Assembly (NCBI GenBank): GCA_951406725.2
Contig: OX597834.1
Coordinates: forward strand, 4,898,001-4,962,000
Source: Octopus vulgaris
Taxonomy: Eukaryota
Direction: 5' to 3'
DNA: 64,000 bases
Within the stretch, counting starts at the first letter, position 1; every line of letters begins with the position of its first letter. The notes beneath the pieces are model-generated. The model worked only from the letters and a program-made list of their open reading frames with translations, was not told the origin of the DNA and made no database searches. The translations under genes and the position numbers were made by a program. This document shows positions 54,875 through 64,000 of the stretch, in pieces.

Positions 54875-56432
54875 AAGGGAGAGAGAGAGAGAAAGGGAGA
54901 GAGAGAGAGAGAGAGAGCCGGCTACTAGATAAGAGTATTCTCTTCCCTCCGAGGTAACTTTGCATCAATAGACCAGGTTTTTAGTTTGACATCATGATTC
55001 CAACGGCTATATTTTATCTCTAGCTCGGTTGTATGTCCTGCCCGCTTATTTCTATTATTTATCGTATTATTGGCTTCACTAGAAGACTCTCCTACCCTCT
55101 CCTCTCCCGTTCCGATATAATTTCTGAATTTTCTATGAATGTTAGTTTTGGCGTTGCCTCCATCTAGCGGTTCGTCCTATTTATACGCTTCGTTAGGCTT
55201 ATTTCCCTTTCACTGTTGCTTCTTCTCTTACCATTCCCCATTCTTCCAGTGCGTGCTTCTATGGTCTCAGCATCTATGTCCCTTCCGCTGTTGCTTATTT
55301 CTTCCTAATGATTCAGATTCGGATTACCAGGTTCTCTCCTTGCAAGTTGTATAGTTTACTTTCATTATGTGCTGCAATTATTTATGCTGGGGCTGCTGCT
55401 ATCGCAGAAGGCATGTCGTACCTTGTGTTTATTAAATATTTTATGGCACCTGCTAGTTTTAGCAAAGTCTATCACTGCATAGAACAATCTAGGGATGTTG
55501 GAAATTATGTTTCGCCAATTCAGCAATGTACCCCAATGTGATCCTAGAATTATTATTAGTCTTGTTAATTACAGGTATTGTCCGGGTTTTTATTGTCAGT
55601 GTGATTTATGTTTCCGCGGTGTCTGCTCTGGTGTGCGGGTACTTACCATTGTATCTCTTAGTTGCGTTCTGGGTCTTTGTGTGTGTGTGCGTGTGTGTGT
55701 GTGTGTGTATGTATGTGTGTGTGTATGTGTGTGCGTGTATGTATATGTCTACGGTGGTCTTCAGAATTTCTAATGTACAGCGTAATAATGCTTCCGCTGT
55801 TGTTTCGTTTTTTTACTTCCGTGTGGAGTTCATTTTCTTTCGAATCCTTGCCATCCTCTCCAGGGCTTGTCACCTATGTTCTCATTCTTCTTCGCTTTTA
55901 CATTTTTCTTTATCTTCATATGAGAGTTTTGTGGGTTTTTATGGTTATTTTGTGTATTTTAATTAGGGTCTGAACAGGTTACATTACTATATGCATCTTA
56001 CTTGTTTTAGTTCCCCTCATTGAATATTAAATTTTCTTTATACCCTGCCTTCTCTAGTGCTAAGTTCTGGTAATCCTCGTTTACCCTAAATATTTTCTCG
56101 TTGGCTGATAGATTCGATATGCGTGTTGAAATGTTAGCTGCTATGGATTTGGTCACACACTTGGGGTGATTACTATTTTTGTGAATGTATTTAAAGTTTT
56201 CATTGGTTTTATTGTTTGGTTTATATATTCCAGTACTTAGGTCTAGTGTAACGTCTAAAAACTTGACTGTGTTGTGCTCCTTCCCTACTGAGATGGCAAG
56301 CAAGTTTTTGAAGAACTTGAATAACGTTTTCCTATATTTTTCTATCTCTATTCTGGAAGGGATAAATAAGGTGAAATGTGCGTTATCCCTGTATAGATCT
56401 CTACCTATTTTTGGAAATTCTTTATGGTGCTG
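53640..56432 (-). mobile_element. Decayed PLE of a different lineage (Naiad-like), fragmented
   Basis: Open frame 56007-56432: DLYRDNA (decayed YRDD), KFLDVTLDLSTGIYKP, YIHKNSNHP; ~55300-55500: NIPRLF..VIDF..HKIFNKH..IIAAHN; ~54410-54600: WKLISTAKPY...QCIEE...INARHE..RC. Lineage name and the 3' boundary are inference. Confidence 0.7.
53900..53984 (-). ncRNA. Decayed hammerhead-like motif in the 3' region of the Naiad-like relic
   Basis: Reverse complement GGACC-CTGATGA-A-GCTGCA-(long insert)-TGCAGC-GCAAA-CACATAC-A-GGTC; stems I and II retained, GAAA and stem III decayed. Confidence 0.45.
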
Positions 56433-56530
56433 CTAGAACCTTCCTCTTTTCGGTCGTGGAAGTAGGCTCGCCATCTCATTCGGTGCATGAATGGAATATT
56501 TTTATCGATAAGATCGCTTATGTATTTCTA

Positions 56531-56688
56531 TACGATAGGCTTCTTTCAGTTTCCGTCAATCAGATCCACTCACAAGCTTCTGTTCGTCTCGGGGCTACAG
56601 TAGAAGACATTTTCCGAAGGTGCTACGCACTGGGACTGAACCCAGAAACGAACGTGTGTTTAGGAAGTAAACCTTTTACCACACAGTC
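56531..56688 (-). mobile_element. SINE family A, 5' half
   Basis: GGCTTCTTTCAGTTTCCGTC...GCACTGGGACTGAACCC...TTACCACACAG. Confidence 0.8.
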
Positions 56689-57150
56689 GTTATTAATGAA
56701 GGAAAAATCATTTTGTAATATATATTTTTATCACGTATTAAATTTGGTAACGTTCAGTTTCTAATTCATACGTTTATTAATTTATCGAATTTTAATATAT
56801 TTTCATATCTTTTGGAATATATTTAATTATCTATTATTTTGGATAATTAATTTTGCTGGAAAACATAATTACAGTGTTTTGGTACAGATCAGAAATTTCC
56901 TGCTTGTTTACAAATATGCGCACCTTTGTTACCCTCACTCCATGGATGAACACATATCTGTGCATGAAAATATGTCAGCCAAAGTACGTTTAATACAGCT
57001 GAACGTTTTTAAATATTGAAAGACAAGATGTATCTCCATCATACACGAACGTTTCTTTCCCTCTTATCATCTACCATTTTTAAACGTATAAGGTGTAAAT
57101 ATAGGCAGCTCTGTAAAGAATGAGTTTTTATGAGGGGGATGTAGAATATA

Positions 57151-57246
57151 GCTGTGTCGTAGAAGGCTTGCTTACCAACCACATGTTTCCGGGTTCTGTC
57201 CCACTGCGTGACACCTTGTGCAAGTGTTTTCTACAATAGCTTCCGA
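57151..57246 (+). mobile_element. SINE family A, 5' part (interrupted)
   Basis: GCTGTGTCGTAGAAGGCTTGCTTACCAACCACATGTTTCCGGGTTCTGTCCCACTGCG. Confidence 0.8.
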
Positions 57247-57259
57247 CTTGCTGGACGGA

Positions 57260-57465
57260 AAGTTAATCCAAACATGAAAACACAAAGAGAAAACACAATA
57301 ATGCGAGGACGTGGAACAAGCATAGTGTTATTGGACGCTCAGGAAGTAAAGTAAGAAGGAGGATTTAAAGTTTCGAGCGGAACTCTTCGTCAGAAACATA
57401 GGTAAAGGAAAGATCCAAGGAAGGGAAGACGGACGAAAAAATCGCCAACGATACACACGCGGTCA
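57260..57465 (-). mobile_element. Solo PLE pseudo-LTR family P2 with decayed hammerhead at 57363-57397
   Basis: Reverse complement of 63263-63470; GTTT-CTGACGA-A-GAGT-TCC-GCTC-GAAA-CT-T-T-AAAT. Confidence 0.75.
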
Positions 57466-57492
57466 TATATATATGTGTGTGTGTGTGTGTGT

Positions 57493-57785
57493 GGAGGCGC
57501 AATGGCCAAATGGTTAGGGCAGCGAACTCGCGGTTTCTATTTCCAGACCGGCCGTTGTGAGTGTTTATTGAGCGAAGACACCTAAAGCTCCACGAGGCTC
57601 CGGCAGGGGGTGGTGGTGATCCCTGCAGTACTCTTTTGTCACAACTTTCTCTCACTCTTTCTTCTGTTGGCCTGCCCGCTTAGCCAGTGGGGTGGCGTCA
57701 TTTGAAGGCTAAAACAATGCGAAGCGCATTGTGACCAGCGATGTGTAGCAACATCTGATAGCCTGGTCGGTCACGGTGACGGTGA
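57493..57785 (+). mobile_element. SINE family C
   Basis: GGAGGCGCAATGGCC head through GGTCACGGTGACGGTGA tail. Confidence 0.9.
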
Positions 57786-57834
57786 TATATATATAATATA
57801 CATACATATACGCATATGTGTGTGTATGTGAGAA

Positions 57835-58078
57835 CGTGTGTGTCTTTGTGTCTGTTCTTGTCCCACCATCACCACCACCACCACTCGATAACCAGTGTTG
57901 ATGTGTTTACATCCCAGTAACCGAGCGGTTCAGCAAAAAATAGGTTGATAGAATATACAATATATACCAGGCTTAAACGAAAAATAAGTGCTGGGGTCGA
58001 TTCATAAGACTAATAATTGTTCAAGACGATGCTCCAGCATGGCCGGTGTCTAATGTCTGAAATAAGCAAAAAATAAAG
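57835..58078 (+). mobile_element. SINE family A, degenerate 3' half
   Basis: CTCGATAACCAGTGTTGATGTGTTTACATCCC...TGCTCCAGCATGGCC. Confidence 0.75.
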
Positions 58079-58262
58079 ATGTTATACTTATAAATTTGCA
58101 TGAAACTAAATACAAAGAATTATTCAAATCCAATTCCAACGACAACTGCCACATGTTTCTTCTTCCATTTCCAGGTTCAAATGATTAAAACATTTCTGCA
58201 CCCGTATTTTTCCTGTTTGTCTCGCTATCTGCGACCAACGATTTCACAGTTGCAAATAACTA

Positions 58263-58403
58263 TAAGGTTGTCCCAAAAGTTCGTAGAAAGTCTTGGAAAA
58301 TAATGGTCTTTATTTTGAGGAATAATTTTTGTTGTTTTTGTTAGTACTTGGCAAGTAAAAATTCAATTTTCGCAAGTGTTTACGAACTTTTGGGACAACC
58401 TAA
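58263..58403. mobile_element. Mariner-type MITE, TA target duplication
   Basis: AGGTTGTCCCAAAAGTTCGTA ... TACGAACTTTTGGGACAACCT inverted ends, TA on both sides. Confidence 0.85.
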
Positions 58404-58639
58404 TAAAAGAAAAAGACAAACAAAAGAAACAAAAAACTAAAAAAAAATTTGAAATATAAAGAACAAATATTTCCATGAAATGATTAAACTCTAGTCAAAA
58501 GTAAATTTGTAATTTCTCAAAAAAGGAATTCTTTTAAAATACCAACAAGGAACCCGAAACGAATGAGGAAAAGGCCAGTAAGGAAGCACACATATGCGTA
58601 TATGTATATATGTATGTATGTATATTATATATATATATC

Positions 58640-58858
58640 CCCGTCACCGTGACCGACCAGGTTATCAGATGTTGCTACACATCGCTGGTCACAATGCGCT
58701 TCGCATTGTTTTAGCCTTCAAATGACGCCACCCCGCTGGCTAAGCGGGCAGGCCAACAGAAGAAAGAGTGAGAGAAAGTTGTGACAAAAGAGTACTGCAG
58801 GGATCGCCCCCCCCCTGCCAGAGCCTCATGGAGCTTTAGGTGTTTTCACTCAATAAAC
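58640..58858 (-). mobile_element. SINE family C, 5'-truncated
   Basis: Reverse complement of ~57565-57785. Confidence 0.88.
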
Positions 58859-59510
58859 AACCACACTTACCCAGTTTAAAGCAAAAGTGGTTTGATGACG
58901 TTTACAACCCCAAGAAACACCAGCTTCACGTGTGTTTCTCTGTAGATCAGGCAGCAATGCATCCCATGTGGACGTGATAAGCCATGTCATTTGACTGACA
59001 ATAATTCATATGTCATCACGTAGGAAATTGCATTGGTTTTTGACGTTTCTCTGAACAGTTCTTCTGCATAGTTTCCTATCTTTGCTACATCCAGATATGA
59101 TGATCAGGAAGAAAGTGACGGAAAAGGGAGCAGAGGAGTATGAGTAAACGGCTATGATATTTTTATTGTCACATTAGCAGATCCCCAAACATTTTAGAAA
59201 TTTCTTTTGAATAATAATTTTAAACCACATTTTATACTTTTGAGCAGGTTAAAATCATTTAACGAAGATATTTTATTTGCCAATGATAATTTTCTAATTC
59301 AAATTGCATTATCAAATTTTAATATATGCTCATATATTTTCGAATACTTTTGTTAATTAATTATGCCAGTTAAATGCAATTATTATATTTTGCTAAAAAT
59401 TAGAGATTTGCTTCGTTATTTACAACGTTCATCATGTGCTTTATAATTTTCTTTGTATGGCAACAATTTAAGCGTAGCTTAGATCGGTTATGAATGGCGA
59501 AAATCGAGAA

Positions 59511-59737
59511 GGCGGCGAGCTGGCAGAAACGTTAGCACGCCGGGTGAAATGCGTAACCGTATTTCGTCTGACGTTACGTTCTGAGTTCAAATTCCGCTGA
59601 GGTCGACTTTGCCTTTCATCTTTTCGGTGTCGATAAATTAAGTACCAGTTACGCACTGGGGTCAATTAATCGACTTAATCCCTGTCTGTCCTTGTTTGTC
59701 CTCTCTATGTTTAGTTCCATGAGGGCAATAAAGAAAT
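59511..59737 (+). mobile_element. SINE family B, full length
   Basis: Matches 8113-8342. Confidence 0.92.
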
Positions 59738-60066
59738 ATATATATATGCTCAAAATTTACATATTATTTAGTATGGTAGAGAAACGATTGCTTAAAGGCA
59801 AAATTTATACTTTACATCCATTCAAATTTGATTACATTTTTGCCTCTTTATATTTGTGTACTTACCGATCTTGACGAAATTTATATAGATCGAAACCTTT
59901 AAGTTGTGTTTTAGAAATAAGCTTAATTATGCTATTTTCTCTTAAAAACAAACAGCGTTACAACTTTTCCAGTTTGACCGGTTTTCGTCTACTGTACTAA
60001 TTTTCACAAAATGTTCCCAGAATAGATTTCTTTCTTTCATATATTTTAAATAAGCAAATAAGCATA

Positions 60067-60477
60067 GGCGCAGGAGTGGCTGTGTGGTAAGTAGCTTGCT
60101 AACCAACCACATGGTTCCGGGTTCAGTCCCACTGCGTGGCATCTTGGGCAAGTGTCTTCTACTATAGCCCCGGGCCGACCAATGCCCTGTGAGTGGATTT
60201 GGTAGACGGAAACTGAAAGAAGCCCGTCGTATATATGTATATATATATATGCGTGTGTGTGTTTGTGTGTCTGTGTTTGTCCCCCTAGCGTTGCTTGACA
60301 ACCGATGCTGGTGTGTTTACGTCCCCATTACTTTGCGGTTCGGCAAAATAGACCGATAGAATAAGTACTGGGCTTACGAAAAGAATAAGTCCCGGGGTCG
60401 ATTTGCTCGATTAAAGGCGGTGCTCCAGCATGGCCGCAGTCAAATGACTGAAACAAGTAAAAGAGTAAAAGAGTAAA
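60067..60477 (+). mobile_element. SINE family A, full length reference copy
   Basis: A-box-like TGGCTGTGTGG, B-box-like GGTTCAGTCCC, internal (TA)(TG) microsatellite, (AAAAGAGT)n tail. Confidence 0.94.
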
Positions 60478-60810
60478 GCGTAAGAGTAAGCATAGTTACA
60501 TTTAAATATATATTTTATAAACGATAGAGATATATTCAAAGGAAGAATTTGCGTTTTAGTTTCATTGAAATTTGACCACATTTTGAAAGGTAATATATTT
60601 TCAATTGCCGCACTTTTGTGGAAATATTCAAATTTAGAAATGCATACGGCTAAGACGTTGCAGCTACTCCTCACTGCCTTACTTTGAAACACAGATATTT
60701 CATCATAATGCAATATCCCTGCATATCTTACATCTATTTTCACTCCTCCACTTCACTCTCTGTTTCGTATCTTATCTAAATTAACTATTGAATAACCATT
60801 TTCTCACACC

Positions 60811-60858
60811 GTCTCCGATGAAGGGATATAATAAATATCCTGGAAACAGCCGTAAGAC
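60811..60858 (+). ncRNA. Type-I hammerhead motif (CCGAUGA core) in a solo pseudo-LTR
   Basis: GTCT-CCGATGA-A-GGGATAT-AATAA-ATATCCT-G-GAAA-CAGCCG-T-A-AGAC. Confidence 0.78.
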
Positions 60859-61067
60859 CTTTTATTTATAAATGTTCTAAAATCTTCACAGCTTTGGCTT
60901 TTTTTTATCCCATTCCGAATTTTTTTTTAATATGTATACATGCTGATATATGACGTACGTTGGACTCCTTATTCGCATAATCACCAAACCTGGGGCTTAA
61001 CTATGGTTTACTCATAGCACCTACTTAGCATTACCTGACACCTTTGGTTCTCATTGACACCATTACT

Positions 61068-61130
<63 letters not shown>

Positions 61131-61196
61131 TAATACATCTGTTTGTTTGTACACTACCTGCCTTCGTCTTTTGTTTATTTTCGTAAACTTTCCCTT
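61131..61196 (+). mobile_element. 3' fragment of pseudo-LTR family P1
   Basis: TAATACATCTGTTTGTTTGTACACTACCTGCCTTCGTCTTTTGTTTATTTTCGTAAACTTTCCC matches ~702-765. Confidence 0.8.
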
Positions 61197-61220
61197 TATA
61201 TATATATATCTATATATATA

Positions 61221-61391
61221 GGCGCAGGAGTGGCTGTGTGGTAAGTAGCTTGCTAACAAACCACATGGTTCTGGGTTCAGTCCCACTGCGTGACATCTTG
61301 GGCAAGTGTCTTCTGCTATAGCCCCGGGCCGACCAATGCCTTGTGAGTGGATTTGGTAGACGGAAACTGAAAGAAGCCTGTCGTATATATG

Positions 61392-61426
<35 letters not shown>

Positions 61427-61637
61427 CTGTGTGTCTGTGTTTGTCCCTCTAGCATTGCTTGACAACCGATGCTGGTGTGTTTACGTCCCCGTCACTTAGC
61501 GGTTTGGCAAAAGACCGATAGAATAAGTACTGGGCTTACAAAGAATAAGTCCCGGGGACGAGTTGCTCGACTAAAGGCAGTGCTCCAGCATGGCCGCAGT
61601 CAAATGACTGAAACAAGTAAAAGAGAATAAAAGAGAA
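61221..61637 (+). mobile_element. SINE family A, full length
   Basis: Matches 60067-60477. Confidence 0.94.
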
Positions 61638-61640
61638 TAT

Positions 61641-61691
<51 letters not shown>

Positions 61692-63262
61692 CTGAAGGGG
61701 AGAGAGAGTTCGAGACTGGGGGAATGGGACAGAGCGAGTGAGGAATTGTATGCGTGCAATGTAACATTTTAAGACAATCTTTGGCTGGTTTACTTTCTTA
61801 TTGCTTACTACTCATTTACTTGCATTTTTCTTTTGTTTATAGTTTTGAATTTTAAAATCTTTGCCTAATTTATGAAATCTTTAATTAATTATCGAGCAAT
61901 TAATTATGGATTAATAAAAATTTGCTTTCTCGAGCTCATTATTAGCTATTTACATAATTAAAATTGCTTTTTTTTTTCATTCTTTCTACTATATATATTT
62001 TTTTGTGAAATAGTAAATGATTCGTATAAGAATGGAAATAATTAAGATATAAAACATGAAAACGAACAAAAATAAACATTTACAATTACGAAATAAAAAA
62101 GCTCTCGTATTTACAGTTAACACAAGAACAAGTAGATTGTACATAAAGTTAACACGAAACAAAATAAAAGGAAAATATAGCTGTGTTGCAACAAAACAGA
62201 TTAAAGTAAAAAATTAAGTCCCGGATGTTTAGTTATTGTTTGAAATGAAAATATATCTGAAAAAGAGACCTAAGGTAAAAACAAAAGAACATTATGCATT
62301 TTTCTCTTCCTTTTTTTTCCATTTAGTGCTAAATAAAACAAAAGCAAATATTTATTTTGAATTATTAAGTTACATCCTGAGGTTATAGAAAGAATTGGTA
62401 TTTCCAGTATGTTCTTCTTATAACTGTCACAATTGTGTACGAAAATAAGTGGCACCACTAATACTGTCGCACCTACAAAAAAAAATCAAATATTTTCGTA
62501 AGTATTGACAAAAATTTGGCGTACAGTTGATTCCATAGAGTGCCGCTCAAAATAGCTTATAAAATAACTTAGGATATCAGTTCAATTCTGTAAGGCGTTG
62601 ATATTCATTTCACTTTCACTTTCCCCCTGTTCATCAAACAAAGCCTGGTTAGGGGTTGTTTGTTTCCGGATCGACTTTCATTAAATAGAAACGACCAAAT
62701 CCCTTCAGATTTCTTCAATGACCCTGTTTTGTGGAGGGTGAAGAGTGGTACAGCCTTTAGAACGCAATATCTAGTGCCAGCTCCTTTTATATTACAGTGG
62801 AGAGAGACTTCAGAAGAATTAGATTGCTTGTCGCAACAGGTCGTTAAATATGCAGTGATCTGGGTCCTTCCTTTGTAATCGAATCTTCATAGAATCCACA
62901 TTTTCAGAAATGAATCAAATCAAAGTTTGCACTTTTTGCCAAATGTAGGCATTATTGTTCTATGGCAATCAAGTAAATATTGTAGGATATTTTTTTACAT
63001 TCACCTATAAGATATTGTTAGTAAATATAAAAGTACTTTAAATTCTTCTTAATTTCAAGTTCTCTATTTTCCAGAAGCCTGGCTTCTGAATTTATTCCCA
63101 CCCATCCGTACGTTTTGTTGTGATGTCCATGTCTAGATAGTACCATTTCAGTGCAAGCTAGAGAGTTAAGAAGTAACATTTTCTTGCCACTCGCAATGCA
63201 GAAATGAAATTTTCTTCCCTTATAATGGTGAAACATATCCGTTGTAATCCTTATATAAAATG

Positions 63263-63470
63263 TGACCGCGTGTGTACCGTTGGCGATTTTTTTCCTCCGT
63301 CTTTCCTTCCCTAGATCTTTCCTTTTCCTATGTTTCTGATGAAGGGCTCCGCTCGAAACGTTAAACCCTCCTTCTTCCCTTCCTTCCTGAGCGTCCAATA
63401 ATACTATATTTGTTCCACATCCTCGCGCTGTTGTGTTTTCTCTTTGTGTTTTCATGTTTGGATTAACTTT
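63263..63470 (+). mobile_element. Solo PLE pseudo-LTR family P2
   Basis: Homologous to 57260-57465; ends in (TA)n. Confidence 0.75.
63332..63366 (+). ncRNA. Minimal type-I hammerhead motif (35 nt)
   Basis: GTTT-CTGATGA-A-GGGC-TCC-GCTC-GAAA-CG-T-T-AAAC. Confidence 0.8.
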
Positions 63471-64000
63471 ATATATATACACACAGATAGATAGATTGAT
63501 AGATAGATAGATAGATACAAATGTTCGATTTTTGTATTAGATATTTTGGAGGATATCGCATTAACCACACACGAAAATATACACGTATTCTTATCCAGTA
63601 TAATCATATGCTGAAAAGTGGCATGTTTTCTTCTATTGAATAAAGGTATTAGATAGTCGTAATCGCGTGTCGGATTCAGATTTATTGCACTTCGTTTGTT
63701 GTTGTGATACCGAGAAAGAAGAAGAATGAAAATATTTCTATTTTTCAACATGGGAAACTTATGTTCATCTAGATATTTGTTTGACAAGCGTTAAGAAACA
63801 TACGTCAATGTATCCAAGTAAATTTATGATTTGTAAAAATATTGCTATCGCCGGAGGATAGTATGGTGGAAAATGAAAACATTTGAAGTATTAAACACTT
63901 CACTGTTAGTAGTGTTTGATGGGAATGTATGGCTATACCCTACAAGTAACATCTTGTTTTCACAACACAGAAAATTTGTAGCTAAATTCTTCTATCTTTA

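Noticed and set aside
59860-60010. Two partial hammerhead-like strings (GATCGAAACC and GACGAAAACCGGTC)
   Set aside because: Cores and stems cannot be completed without assuming several mutations.
60067-60140. tRNA genes at SINE heads
   Set aside because: A and B boxes are present but there is no full cloverleaf, and each continues into SINE body.
62570-62910. Higher-GC stretch with a 72-aa ORF
   Set aside because: No motif recognised on either strand; it could be an old repeat or exon but is unsupported.

Overview
AT-rich, microsatellite-dense animal genomic DNA with no host protein-coding exon that I can support. The SINE families and repeat style resemble a coleoid cephalopod such as Octopus; this is inference from recall, not a search. 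The window is a transposon graveyard. It holds three Neptune-like Penelope-like elements (PLEs; RT and/or GIY-YIG), one with a near-intact ORF at 10963-12696, plus a decayed PLE of a different lineage (Naiad-like). There are many solo PLE pseudo-LTRs, a ~4 kb R4/Dong-clade LINE inside a (TAA)n array with three further relics, and three tRNA-derived SINE families. DNA elements are a non-autonomous Helitron, a MITE carrying TTAGGG repeats and a mariner-type MITE. The most striking hidden layer is RNA: about 13 minimal type-I hammerhead ribozyme motifs (roughly one per 5 kb) that I folded by eye. Nearly every family has its own palindromic stem III, and several carry non-canonical cores (U3-A8, U4C, A6U, an extra A.G pair, an enlarged stem II). 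One sits exactly at the apex of a ~380 bp foldback (36531-36912). Almost all IY/YI-rich ORFs in the supplied track are microsatellite artefacts. All structures were read manually; none was checked computationally or experimentally.
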